Positions 28,903-38,849 of a stretch of DNA of 64,000 nucleotides are shown here, one piece after another. Each line of letters starts with the position of its first letter. The first letter of the stretch is position 1. This stretch comes from Pseudomonadota bacterium (lineage in GTDB: Bacteria; Bdellovibrionota; FAC87; UBA2466). Below the pieces are notes generated by a model, which saw only the letters and a program-made list of their open reading frames with translations, made no database searches and was not told where the DNA came from. A program made the position numbers and the translations under genes. Where the stretch lies: assembly GCA_009927165.1 (NCBI GenBank), contig RFNO01000106.1:3409-67408 (forward strand). The letters run 5' to 3'.

Positions 28903-29796
28903 ATGGAATGGCTACAAGTTAAAGTCTTTAGCGATGACGAATCCATCAAAGAAGCAATCTCAAGCCTCTTTTTTGATCTTGGGGCAGAAGGTGTCAGCGA
29001 AACGGTCGACAAGGGCATCTCACAAGGAGTCTCTGCCTGTTTTTCCGTCGAAAACGAAAATAAAATCAAAAATGAGATCGACGTCTTTGTTAAGAGGATC
29101 CAAGAAATCTTCCCGAATGCTATCCATCTGAAATGTGAGTTTTCCTATCTGAAAAAAGACAAATGGGCCGAAAAATACAAGGAGTTTTATAAAGCACAAA
29201 AGCTGACTGATCGGTTTTTTTTAAGACCCAAGTGGGACAATCACACTCCTGTTCCGCAAGACATGTTTCCACTCATTCTGGATCCGGGACAGGCGTTTGG
29301 AACGGGCCTTCATCAAAGTACCCGACTGACCATGAAACTGATGGAAGATATTGCCGGTCTTTACCCTGCTTTAAATAGAGTAAATCTCATGGATGTTGGC
29401 ACTGGTTCAGGCATTCTAGCGATTGCCGCCTTCAAACTAGGCTTTGGTCAGATTACCGCCATAGATAATGATTTGGATGCCGTAAGAGTTGCTCGGGAAA
29501 ATATCGATTTTAATGAATGCCAGGACATCGATGTGTCGGGCCGAGACCTAGCGGAATTCAAAAGCTCTTTCGATGTTATTTTGTCGAATATTCTTTTGGA
29601 AACCCATTTTTTATTAGCTCCTCATTATCGCCGTTTGCTGGTTCCCGGCGGTCAACTCATCCTATCAGGTCTTCTCGGCGGACAATTTGAGACGTTGGAT
29701 CAAGTCCTAAGGCCTTTGGGGTTTGTTTTGCAGCAAAAATACTACTTACAAGAATGGGCTGCTTTCAGTTTTACTCTCCGTCCAAATACGACATAA
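28903..29796 (+). CDS. prmA: 50S ribosomal protein L11 methyltransferase
   Basis: LDPGQAFGTGLHQST, DVGTGSGILAI, IDND, SNIL, LILSGL. Confidence 0.93.
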   Translation: MEWLQVKVFSDDESIKEAISSLFFDLGAEGVSETVDKGISQGVSACFSVENENKIKNEIDVFVKRIQEIFPNAIHLKCEFSYLKKDKWAEKYKEFYKAQKLTDRFFLRPKWDNHTPVPQDMFPLILDPGQAFGTGLHQSTRLTMKLMEDIAGLYPALNRVNLMDVGTGSGILAIAAFKLGFGQITAIDNDLDAVRVARENIDFNECQDIDVSGRDLAEFKSSFDVILSNILLETHFLLAPHYRRLLVPGGQLILSGLLGGQFETLDQVLRPLGFVLQQKYYLQEWAAFSFTLRPNTT

Positions 29797-29854
29797 TCTT
29801 TTCCAAAGAAGAGAATCTAGTCACCGAAGTCTCATTAAGGTATGGTGATCTACT

Positions 29855-30856
29855 ATGTGGAGAAAAATTTTTCTTTTAGTTTGTTGGAGTTCTGTTGTTT
29901 CTGCCAAGACGGAGCCGCTGAGAATCTATACTTATGAATCTTTGATTGGAAAAGATAGCTTTGGCGAACTGGTTCAGCGAGAATTTTCAAAAAGGGCCGG
30001 AGCTGAAATTCAGTTTGTTTCTTTTACCTCTGCTGGAGAGGCCCTCAATCAAGTGTTATTGGAACGCCCCCACATTAAAGCAGATATCGTTATGGGAATA
30101 GATCAAGTGTTGTTTCTGAGAGCAAGGGAATATGATTTGTTCGATTCCGTCGAAAATAAAATTCTTAAAAGAGTTGAGACTTCGTTGAAAGATCCGCAGT
30201 TGAATGGTTTTGTTCCATTTGACTTCGGCTATTTGGCCTTTGTGTACGATTCATTGAGAACAAGCCCGCCCCCAAAAGCAACTCTCGGAGAATTTCCGGG
30301 TATGTTAGGAAATCAGAAAGTTGTGATTCAAGACCCTCGTACTTCTACACTTGGAATTGAATTGTTGATTTGGACAGGAAGTAAATTAGAAGAGCAATTT
30401 GAAACCTTTTGGAAGGGATTGGCGCCCAGAATTCTCACTATTTCACCTGGTTGGTCTGGTGCTTATGAGTTGTTTTTGAAAAAGCAAGTTGATTATGTGC
30501 TCTCTTACACCACGAGCCCAGCCTATCACCGAATCCGGGAAAACAAAGAAAATATAAAGGCTCTACTTTTTGCCGATGGACACTTTCGACAGGTTGAGGG
30601 GCTAGCAGTTTTAAAAAGTTCTAACCAGAAAGTGTTGGCAAAAAAGTTTATTGAACTGGTTTTAGAGAAGGAGATTCAAGAAAGTATTCCCACCTTGCAG
30701 TGGATGTATCCCGCACGATCCGGAGCAAATCTTCCTAAAGAATTTCGAGATATCCCAGTTCCGACAAAAGTTTCTATGGATTGGAATAAAATAACCGCTC
30801 ACAGAGATGAGTGGACTAAGCTGTGGACACTGATTTTGAGCAGAGAAAAGAAATGA
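29855..30856 (+). CDS. thiB: Thiamine ABC transporter substrate-binding protein
   Basis: IYTYES, PFDFGYLAFVYD, QDPRTSTLG, GWSGAY, VLSYTTSPAYH, QVE, WMYP. Confidence 0.9.
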   Translation: MWRKIFLLVCWSSVVSAKTEPLRIYTYESLIGKDSFGELVQREFSKRAGAEIQFVSFTSAGEALNQVLLERPHIKADIVMGIDQVLFLRAREYDLFDSVENKILKRVETSLKDPQLNGFVPFDFGYLAFVYDSLRTSPPPKATLGEFPGMLGNQKVVIQDPRTSTLGIELLIWTGSKLEEQFETFWKGLAPRILTISPGWSGAYELFLKKQVDYVLSYTTSPAYHRIRENKENIKALLFADGHFRQVEGLAVLKSSNQKVLAKKFIELVLEKEIQESIPTLQWMYPARSGANLPKEFRDIPVPTKVSMDWNKITAHRDEWTKLWTLILSREKK

Positions 30857-32397
30857 GTCTGATTTTTTATCTTCCCATCTGCCTGATCTTTTCGATGGGC
30901 TTCCTGTTTCCTGTGGTTTCTCTTTTTGTGTCCGGATTTAAAGGCTTCAATCTTGCTTTTTTTTCGGATCCCTTTTTTGAACATGTGGTTACTTTTACCT
31001 ATGGGCAGGCTCTTGTAAGTTCTCTTTTAAGTGTGTTTTTGGGTTTGGTGGTTGCGTTTCTTATTCAAGAATGGAAAGTCGTTGGCGGAAGATTTTTATG
31101 GCGATTTTGCCTGCTTTGCTCTTCTTTGCCTTCTATTATTGTTGCTTTAGGTATTCTCGGAGCCTGGGGTCCAGGAAGTATTCTGGGACGAATTGTTTTT
31201 GATCAACGAACAGTATTTGGTTGGCCAGGATTGTTGTTGGGACATGTTTTTCTTAATTTTTCAATACCGATGAGATTGATTGGAAATGCTCTTCGAGAGC
31301 GAAATCGGACTTCGGAGTTGACTGCTTTATCAATTGGAATGAATCGCTGGTCGGTTTTTTGGAAAATCACTCTCCCTGAAGTGCGAACCAGTGTTTTGTC
31401 TTCTTGGATTTTAACCTTCCTGTTTTGCTCCACCAGTTTATTTATTGTTTTGTTTTTGGGGGGAGGGCCTCGATTCACCACGCTAGAAGTATCACTTTAT
31501 GAAGCTGTTAAATTAAATTTCGATAATGGAAAAGCAGTTCAAATTGCTTCGCTGCAAGCTTTAGTTGGCATTGGACTTTACGTTGTTTATTTAAAGGCTC
31601 AAAGGCCGCCTCGAATTAAAAGTCCCAACTTAGTCCCTTCGATTTTTGTTCCACGATCTTTCTCGAGTAGCATGTTAGGTACGGTTTCACTTTGGGTTTT
31701 GATTGGAGCGCTGATTGGAGTTCCGCTAGTTTCTATTCTCCAAGATGGGGGATTTTTATTTTCTTTTTTGGATAGTAGTGAATTGTGGAGCGCGGCGGTT
31801 ATTTCTTTGGGAATAGCTGGGGCAGTAGGATTGATTGCCATTGTTATTCTTTACCCTCTTCTTCATGTTCTCCATCATTCCCAGCGCAGTGGACGGAAAC
31901 AGGCACTTTTGTGGTTAGTGGTTCTACCTCAGTTTTTTTCCAGCTTGGTGATTAGTCTTGCAATCTCAATTTTTTATCCTGGGGTAAGAGGAACTGAAAT
32001 GATGGCTTATTTAGGCATAGTGCTTGCTCAAACTTTATTTGTGATACCTCTCATTCAGTTTCCGCTGAGAGAAGGGTTCTATCATTATTCACTGGAACGG
32101 GAATGGACTGCTCAGAGTTTGGGGGCGAGTCGATGGCAGAGATTTCTCCATGTAGAATTGCCGATTATGCGCAGACCTCTTTTTTTAGCAGTGCTCATCA
32201 CTGTGGGATACTCTCTAGGAGAAGTATCGACCATTTTGCTGTTTTCACCCATGGGTATTCGTACTCTAGCGCTTGGAATTTTTCAGTCGATGAGTCGGTA
32301 TCGATTTCAAGAGGCACACGCCATTACGGTAATACTTTTGTTAGTGATGCTGATAGTGTTTGGAGTTGCTGGGTTTTTGGAGGATTCAGATGAGTGA
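30853..32397 (+). CDS. thiP: Thiamine ABC transporter permease
   Basis: Duplicated permease; FTYGQA, GHVFLN, LGGGPRFTTLEV; in an operon with thiB. Confidence 0.88.
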   Translation: MSLIFYLPICLIFSMGFLFPVVSLFVSGFKGFNLAFFSDPFFEHVVTFTYGQALVSSLLSVFLGLVVAFLIQEWKVVGGRFLWRFCLLCSSLPSIIVALGILGAWGPGSILGRIVFDQRTVFGWPGLLLGHVFLNFSIPMRLIGNALRERNRTSELTALSIGMNRWSVFWKITLPEVRTSVLSSWILTFLFCSTSLFIVLFLGGGPRFTTLEVSLYEAVKLNFDNGKAVQIASLQALVGIGLYVVYLKAQRPPRIKSPNLVPSIFVPRSFSSSMLGTVSLWVLIGALIGVPLVSILQDGGFLFSFLDSSELWSAAVISLGIAGAVGLIAIVILYPLLHVLHHSQRSGRKQALLWLVVLPQFFSSLVISLAISIFYPGVRGTEMMAYLGIVLAQTLFVIPLIQFPLREGFYHYSLEREWTAQSLGASRWQRFLHVELPIMRRPLFLAVLITVGYSLGEVSTILLFSPMGIRTLALGIFQSMSRYRFQEAHAITVILLLVMLIVFGVAGFLEDSDE

Positions 32398-33094
32398 AGT
32401 TGTCATATCCAAGTTGCAGGTTGAGCGAAAATCATTTGCTCTAGAAATCAGTTCTCTTAAGCTTGGAGCTGGTAAAATCCTGGGAGTAATGGGTAAAAGT
32501 GGTTCAGGAAAAACGACTCTTCTTCACGCTATTGCTGGTTTTGTATCGTTGAAGTACGGAGATGTTGATGTTTTTGGCATTCGTGTAAGCGAACTTCCTC
32601 CGGAGAAAAGAAAAATTGCACTTGTTTTTCAAAAGCCTTGGTTGTTCGAGCACCAAACGGTTTTGGAAAATGTTTGTTTCGGCTTGAAGCTGCAAAGTCT
32701 ATCAAGAAGCAAATGCGAGGAGCAAGCCAGGTTTTGGCTGAAGCGAATGGAAATCGAGTCACTCGAAAAACGAAAAATTTGGGAATTATCGGGAGGTCAG
32801 GCCCAGCGTGTATCACTGGCTAGAGCAATGGCAGTTAAATTTCCTTTGCTACTTCTGGATGAGCCTTTTTCGGCCCTGGATAGTCCTTTGAGAAAAGACC
32901 TGCGAAATCTTCTGAAACAGATTGTTCAGGAGTCAAAATCTTGTGCCATCCTGGTTACTCATGACTGGAGAGATATTGAAGGAACTTCAGACCAAGTCTT
33001 AATTTTAGATCAGGGAAAAGAACTGGCTTTTGGAAGTCCCGAAGAGATTAGAAAAAATCCGAATAGCCGAATAAAAGCTATTTGCGAAGATTGA
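32390..33094 (+). CDS. thiQ: Thiamine ABC transporter ATP-binding protein
   Basis: GKSGSGKT, LSGGQAQR, LLLDEPFSALD; operon context. Confidence 0.8.
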   Translation: MSEVVISKLQVERKSFALEISSLKLGAGKILGVMGKSGSGKTTLLHAIAGFVSLKYGDVDVFGIRVSELPPEKRKIALVFQKPWLFEHQTVLENVCFGLKLQSLSRSKCEEQARFWLKRMEIESLEKRKIWELSGGQAQRVSLARAMAVKFPLLLLDEPFSALDSPLRKDLRNLLKQIVQESKSCAILVTHDWRDIEGTSDQVLILDQGKELAFGSPEEIRKNPNSRIKAICED

Positions 33095-34040
33095 TTACTT
33101 TGCCTACTGAAGAAGATTGCGACGGTTTAAAAGGACTGAGCGATTCAGCTTTCACCAAAGTCCAATGGCTTCTTTGGGCATTTAGCGCTTTTAAAAGGGC
33201 CAAATGAATGGCATGCCCTCCGCGAAAACTGACTAATTCTCCCTCAATCCATGACCCACAAAGAGCCAGGTCACCCAGGGCGTCGAGCCATTTGTGTCGA
33301 ACACACTCATCAGCAAATCTGAGTCCTTCTTCGTTGAGGATATCTGCTCGAGAAAATCCGAGAACATTATTTAGAGAAGCACCCAGAGCCAGATTTCTCG
33401 CTTTCAACTTTTCCAACTCAGATTCGAAACCAAAAGTTCTAGCGGCTCCCACTGAATTGGCAAAATCTCTGGGGGTGAGATCCATCGCAAAGGTTTGGGC
33501 TCCAATTTTCGGGTGAGCAAAGTCGATGGAAGTGGTCAACCTCAAGTGATCTCTGGGAAGTAACTCGCAAATGGCCCCGTGCTCATAAACTTTGATAGGT
33601 TTTAGCACTCGGAGAGTGCAACTAGAAAACTCCTGAAGCTCAACACCAGTTTCAAAGATGCCTTCTACGAAAGGGAGTGCACTTCCGTCTAAGATCGGAA
33701 TTTCCGAGCCAGTTACCTCAACAAATACATTCGTAATACCGATTGCATAAACCGCAGCAAGTAAATGTTCGACAGTAGAAATTCTCACTCGCGGATTGTC
33801 CGGCAGGCCTAGGGTGGTTGCTAGTGCTGTTGAAGTCACGAAACTATAGTGAGCAGGAATTTTAAAAAGTTTTTTTCCATCAGATTTGAGGAAAACAATC
33901 CCAGTATTGGGAGACGCCGGAACCAGCTCAATTTTGGAGCGATCTCCCGAATGAAGACCAATACCCTTAAAAACCAAACGAGCCTTCAGAGTCTTTTGAA
34001 CTCGATAACTGTCGGGCATTGAAAAAAAATGTTTGGTCAT
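33078..34040 (-). CDS. lpxC: UDP-3-O-acyl-N-acetylglucosamine deacetylase
   Basis: QKTL, GIGLHSG, TVEHLLAA, EIPILDGSA, ARTFGF, RHKWLDALGDL, GH. Confidence 0.95.
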   Translation of the reverse strand: MTKHFFSMPDSYRVQKTLKARLVFKGIGLHSGDRSKIELVPASPNTGIVFLKSDGKKLFKIPAHYSFVTSTALATTLGLPDNPRVRISTVEHLLAAVYAIGITNVFVEVTGSEIPILDGSALPFVEGIFETGVELQEFSSCTLRVLKPIKVYEHGAICELLPRDHLRLTTSIDFAHPKIGAQTFAMDLTPRDFANSVGAARTFGFESELEKLKARNLALGASLNNVLGFSRADILNEEGLRFADECVRHKWLDALGDLALCGSWIEGELVSFRGGHAIHLALLKALNAQRSHWTLVKAESLSPFKPSQSSSVGKVINLRK

Positions 34041-34069
34041 AAAAGCAAGCGTTGAAACTGCAAACTCAA

Positions 34070-34085
34070 AGCAAAAGATGTACCA
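34070..34085 (-). promoter_or_regulatory. Candidate sigma54 -24/-12 promoter of lpxC
   Basis: TGGTACATCTTTTGCT (GG-N10-GC), about 30 bp upstream of ATG 34040. Confidence 0.6.
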
Positions 34086-34293
34086 TGGTTAAAGGCCCCC
34101 AGAAAATCAGGGTTTTCACGGTAACGCAACGCATTTATTAGGGCTTGTAGTGGGTGAGTTTTGCAACAATAGTGCAGAGAGTGGGGGGGTTTCCCCACAG
34201 CCAGCTCTTATTTCCACGGTTTTTGACTTCTGGTACGGGAAATGAAAAAGTCTGCAAGATTAAGGAAATAACTAACCTCACTGAGGAAATAGT

Positions 34294-35181
34294 ATGGCAT
34301 CTCCAATACGAAAAGTAGTGATCCCCGCAGCTGGTTTAGGCACCCGGGGTCTTCCGTTTACCAAAGAAATACCCAAGGAAATGCTACCTATTATCGATAT
34401 TCCCACGATTCATTTTATTGTGGAAGAAGTGTTGGCTGCCGGGATTGAGCAGGTCATTTTTGTTACCAGCCGGGGAAAACATTCTTTACAAGACTATTTT
34501 GATTACTCACCAGCGTTGGACAGCTTCTTACGACAAAGAGGAAAGGGTGAGCTTGCAGATAAAATGCGTCGTATAGGAAGTATGTGTGAAGTGATGAGCG
34601 TCCGCCAAAAAGAGCCTTTGGGCTTGGGACATGCCGTTCTTTGTGCTCAGCACTTGGTCGGTGCTGAAAAGTTTGCCGTATGTTTGGGAGATGAGATTTT
34701 TCCTCCGTGGGGAGAAGCCAATAAAGCACAAGCACCCTTAAAAAAATTAGTGGAAGCCTCATCGAGTATTAATGCGAGCCTAGTCGGAACCGTTGAAGTA
34801 GCGACCCAAGAGACTAAATCCTATGGCATGTTGAAGCTCTCAGAGCCTATTGGGGACGAGCGGCCAGCGAGAATTCTTGGGACGGTAGAAAAACCGGCAC
34901 CTGAGAATTCGCCTAGTCGGTTTGCCATTATTGGCCGATACGTTTTTGAACCAGAAATATTCGATTGTCTAAGTCGAACCCCCAAAGGAGCGGGAGGAGA
35001 AATCCAGCTAACGGATGGAATGAATCAGTTGTGTGAAAAAGGGGGGCTGTTTGCACTGAAAATTAAAGCTGCCCGTTATGATGTGGGTAATCAGTTTTTT
35101 TATTTAAAAGCTCAAATTGATGAAGCTCTTCGTCGACCCGAATTAGCTTCCCCATTAAAAGAGTACTTGAAAACCTTATGA
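34294..35181 (+). CDS. galU: UTP-glucose-1-phosphate uridylyltransferase
   Basis: VIPAAGLGTR.LP.TK.IPKEMLP, RQKEPLGLGHAV, VEKP, GGEIQLTD. Confidence 0.93.
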   Translation: MASPIRKVVIPAAGLGTRGLPFTKEIPKEMLPIIDIPTIHFIVEEVLAAGIEQVIFVTSRGKHSLQDYFDYSPALDSFLRQRGKGELADKMRRIGSMCEVMSVRQKEPLGLGHAVLCAQHLVGAEKFAVCLGDEIFPPWGEANKAQAPLKKLVEASSSINASLVGTVEVATQETKSYGMLKLSEPIGDERPARILGTVEKPAPENSPSRFAIIGRYVFEPEIFDCLSRTPKGAGGEIQLTDGMNQLCEKGGLFALKIKAARYDVGNQFFYLKAQIDEALRRPELASPLKEYLKTL

Positions 35182-35203
35182 TGCAATTTTTTGGGAGAGT
35201 CCA

Positions 35204-36055
35204 TTGAAGAAAGTTAGTCTTATTGTTGGATTAGTTTCAATTGTTTCAAGTTCTCTGGTCTGGGGGTTTGTTCCGCCATTGACTGCAGTGCTAAAAATCG
35301 GTTTCGAGGGGAGAAAAGCGGGTTCTACCGAAACTACTTTTCGTCATCAAATCACACTAAAATCGGGAGAGACCATCACAGTAGATGAACAGATTGCTGA
35401 AATCGATGGTCGCACCTACATCATTTTTAAGAGTGCCACTTTCGGAGATGTGGCAGGAACTTGGAATCGAGGTGCTTATTCCTTTTCTGGAGATAAAAAA
35501 ATATCCAGCCGTTCCAGTATCTGGAATAGGTATTGGTTAACTGCGAACGGAGAAGACTTTCGGGAGCAGCTTATCCAAGAAAAATTTTTGAAAAGAGATC
35601 AATTGCTTCAGTTGAAACCCGCTTTTACTCCCAAAGGTGATCCAGCGACTTGGGATCTCAAGGAGAACTATATTATTCAGCCACAAGTGTACTTTGCCCG
35701 CACTCCTTCTGGAGTGTCGATTGTAGCCGTTGGTCAAGAGGACGCTACTTCGCGAAAAGCTGTGTTTTTTGATAAAGCTAGTTTGGTCTTAAGTCGGTTG
35801 GAGTGGAAAGACGGTGAACAAACCACTGCTTGGAACTTTACTAACTTTAAAAAAATGCCTGGAGATGGCATGTTTCCTTCCGAATTTTCATTTTTATTTG
35901 AGAACAAAGAAGTTATTAAATCGATTCTTGTATCTAGGCGGCCTTTAAAAGATAAAACAAAATCCCAATGGATGAGTCTCTATAATGCCCAAGCAAAAAA
36001 TTCTTTGGCACCCACTTTAGAAGAAGGTCTGCGGTTACTGTTGGGTTATCGATGA
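35204..36055 (+). CDS. Hypothetical exported beta-rich protein
   Basis: TTG start after GGGAG; signal peptide; overlaps the priA start (translational coupling). Confidence 0.6.
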   Translation: MKKVSLIVGLVSIVSSSLVWGFVPPLTAVLKIGFEGRKAGSTETTFRHQITLKSGETITVDEQIAEIDGRTYIIFKSATFGDVAGTWNRGAYSFSGDKKISSRSSIWNRYWLTANGEDFREQLIQEKFLKRDQLLQLKPAFTPKGDPATWDLKENYIIQPQVYFARTPSGVSIVAVGQEDATSRKAVFFDKASLVLSRLEWKDGEQTTAWNFTNFKKMPGDGMFPSEFSFLFENKEVIKSILVSRRPLKDKTKSQWMSLYNAQAKNSLAPTLEEGLRLLLGYR

Positions 36056-38067
36056 TTATTGATGTTGTTGTACCTTTTCGGGTTTCATCTTCTTTTCACT
36101 ACCGGATTGATCCTGAGCTGGGAAAGCAGTTGAAAGCCGGGAGCGTAGTGGAAGTTCCGCTTGGAAAAAGGAAAACTCATGCGTTTGTAGTGGGATTTGC
36201 TGAGACTTCGGATATTCCCCCTGAAAAACTTAAGGATGTGTTTCAGGTTCTCAAGTCGGAACCCGTTTTTGATGAAAATACAATTCGGTTTTTAAAGTGG
36301 ACATCGGATTATTATTGCCATCCTTTAGGGGAAGTTTTCGATGCAGCTATTCCCCGTCATAATTTAAAACCCAAAAAAGCAAAGAAAAATATCAAAAAAG
36401 CAAAGCTCAACTTCAATATTTTAAATCAGGGTTTCGACCAACGTCCGAAGCTGACCGATGAACAACAAAAAGCTGTTGATGAAATTTTGAATCCGTCTGA
36501 ACAGCGACCCTTCTTGCTTCATGGGGTAACGGGAAGTGGAAAAACTGAAATTTATTTAAGGGTTCTTGAGGCACTCTTGGCTGAGGGCCGCGGTGCGATT
36601 ATTCTAGTACCAGAAATTGCGCTTACTCCCCAGCTTATGGGAAGATTTGCGGCTAGATTTCCTGATAAAGTAGCAGTTTTGCATAGCGATCTTACTCCCA
36701 GGGAGCGTTCTGAACAGTGGGAACGTGTTTACTCTGGGGAAGCAACCGTCGTAATTGGTGCCCGTTCTGCGATCTTTGCGCCAGTCAAGAATCTGGGACT
36801 AATCGTCGTGGATGAAGAACAGGAGACTTCTTTCAAGCAAGAAGATTCGCTTCGCTACAATGCAAGAGACCTTGCAGTAGTTAGAGCAGGGTTTGAAAAA
36901 GCTAAAGTGATATTAGGTACCGCTACTCCATCTCTGGAGAGTTATTCCAACGCTCGTAGCGGTCGTTATTTCTATATTGAATTAAAAAAACGAGTCCACG
37001 ATCGGCCATTACCACAAACCACTTTCATCGATATTAAGGATCGCTCTCAGTGGTACAGCCCCAAAGTGCCTTGGTTGAGTCGATACTTAGTAGAAAAAAT
37101 TCAGAAGAGCCTGGAGGAAAAAAAACAAACCATTCTTTACTTGAATCGCTTGGGGTTTGCTCACTTTCTTTTTTGTAAAGATTGTGGACACACGTGGCGG
37201 TGTAAAGATTGTGATGTGTCTTTGACCTACTATAAACATCCTCCCAGTTTAAAGTGCCACTACTGTGGCATCATCCGAGCTGTTCCAAAACTTTGTGAGG
37301 AATGCCACGGAACAGAGTTGGACTTTTTGGGTTTGGGTACAGAACAAGTTGAAGGGCAGCTTCGTGCTCTATTTCCGGGCGCTAAGATTGCTCGAATGGA
37401 TCGTTCTCAAATCAAGAACCGGAGAGATCTGGAAAATATTCTCGAGCAGATTTCAAATCGTGAAGTTGACATTGTCATTGGAACTCAAATGGTCGCTAAA
37501 GGCCATGATTTTCCCGGTATTTCACTTGTTGGGATTTTGATGGCCGATGCAAGTCTCAATTTACCGGACTTCAGAGCAAACGAGCGAACTTTCCAGATCG
37601 TAACTCAGGTTGCTGGACGGGCGGGGCGAGCGGGTGAACCGGGAGAAGTAGTTATTCAATCGTTGAATCCCGCACAGCCTACGTTGCGTTGGTCAGCAGA
37701 AAATAAGAGTATGGAGTTTTACACGACGGAATTGAATGCGAGAAAAATGTTTGGTTTCCCTCCCTTTCAGAGGATGGCTTTGCTGAGATTTCAACACACT
37801 CAATCGATTTCCGTACAGGCTTATGCAGAGGAAATTGCTGCCTTTGTCAGATCTCGAATACACGAAAAAGGTTTGAAGTGTACTGTTTTGGGGCCCTCTG
37901 AAGCTCCTATTTCTCGTGTGAAAAAGCTATATCGATGGCAGTGTCTAATTAAAGCAGAATCGGTGAGGGACCTTCAAACTGCGTTGCGAGCTGTTTTTGC
38001 CTATAATTTATCTAAAAAGACCTCCGTGAAACTAGCTGTTGATGTGGATCCCCTGAATTCAATGTAA
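36052..38067 (+). CDS. priA: Primosomal protein N' (replication restart helicase)
   Basis: [26 protein letters not shown], four CxxC, GTQMVAKGHDF, QVAGRAGR, VDVDP. Confidence 0.96.
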   Translation: MIIDVVVPFRVSSSFHYRIDPELGKQLKAGSVVEVPLGKRKTHAFVVGFAETSDIPPEKLKDVFQVLKSEPVFDENTIRFLKWTSDYYCHPLGEVFDAAIPRHNLKPKKAKKNIKKAKLNFNILNQGFDQRPKLTDEQQKAVDEILNPSEQRPFLLHGVTGSGKTEIYLRVLEALLAEGRGAIILVPEIALTPQLMGRFAARFPDKVAVLHSDLTPRERSEQWERVYSGEATVVIGARSAIFAPVKNLGLIVVDEEQETSFKQEDSLRYNARDLAVVRAGFEKAKVILGTATPSLESYSNARSGRYFYIELKKRVHDRPLPQTTFIDIKDRSQWYSPKVPWLSRYLVEKIQKSLEEKKQTILYLNRLGFAHFLFCKDCGHTWRCKDCDVSLTYYKHPPSLKCHYCGIIRAVPKLCEECHGTELDFLGLGTEQVEGQLRALFPGAKIARMDRSQIKNRRDLENILEQISNREVDIVIGTQMVAKGHDFPGISLVGILMADASLNLPDFRANERTFQIVTQVAGRAGRAGEPGEVVIQSLNPAQPTLRWSAENKSMEFYTTELNARKMFGFPPFQRMALLRFQHTQSISVQAYAEEIAAFVRSRIHEKGLKCTVLGPSEAPISRVKKLYRWQCLIKAESVRDLQTALRAVFAYNLSKKTSVKLAVDVDPLNSM

Positions 38068-38120
38068 GTTTTTTGCCTTTAAGGCCCGGTTAACCTTCTT
38101 GTTGAGAAAAATCATCTCTC

Positions 38121-38849
38121 ATGATGAAATTAGCCATCGTGATAACTTCATTGAAATACTTCTTTTTTGGCGCAGCGCTCTCAACCCTTATTGCAGTGGG
38201 AGCTTCCGATCCATCACCGGAAACTCAGTCTGATTCTGAAGCCACCAGTAGTAGCGTGGTTCGAAATAAGATTTTCTATAAAGCCGGCAAGATTGAGTTT
38301 GCTGGAACTGCGGGGTTAATGCCGTACGATGATGTAAATAACCACTATTTGGTGGGAGCAAAAGTAAGCTGGCATCTCGGCGATCATTGGGGTTGGGAAA
38401 TTCTGGACGCCCAGAAAGGTTTTGCAAGCGTTACCGATTGGACCAATAATTTAGTGGCTACTAATTCAAACACCAGGCTCCAAACGGCTCAGCTCAATTT
38501 CATGGGCACTTCTAATATTGTCTTCTCTCCGCTCTACGGCAAAATTCGTATTTTTGGATCTTCCTTGGTTTATTTTGATACCTATTTAGTAGCTGGGGCA
38601 GGACTGGCATCGACGGAAACTCTACAAATCGCTAATTCTGCAGGCAAAGCAGTTACTTCAAGTATCAAAACCGGTATGGATCCTGTTTTTGATTTTGGTC
38701 TCGGGTTTAAATTATTCCTGACTCGCTCTGTAGGTTTGGTTTTGGATTTACGTGACTACGTAGTTTTTTCCGAAACCTACGGTCGCAGAACCGCTAAAAG
38801 TAACTACTCGGTTTTGGTAGGGGTCAATTTCTTTATTCCTAACTTTTAA
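38121..38849 (+). CDS. Outer-membrane beta-barrel protein (TIGR04565 / GltA-B-H-like, myxobacterial and Bdellovibrio type)
   Basis: VVRNKIFYK, SPLYGK, FDTYLVAGAG, GLGFKLFL, LRDY, C-terminal F. Family recognised from memory. Confidence 0.75.
   Translation: MMKLAIVITSLKYFFFGAALSTLIAVGASDPSPETQSDSEATSSSVVRNKIFYKAGKIEFAGTAGLMPYDDVNNHYLVGAKVSWHLGDHWGWEILDAQKGFASVTDWTNNLVATNSNTRLQTAQLNFMGTSNIVFSPLYGKIRIFGSSLVYFDTYLVAGAGLASTETLQIANSAGKAVTSSIKTGMDPVFDFGLGFKLFLTRSVGLVLDLRDYVVFSETYGRRTAKSNYSVLVGVNFFIPNF

Noticed and set aside
34190-34220. DnaA-box-like words (TTCCCCACA, TTTCCACGG) in the lpxC-galU spacer
   Set aside because: The matches are poor and few, and there is no dnaA or oriC context.
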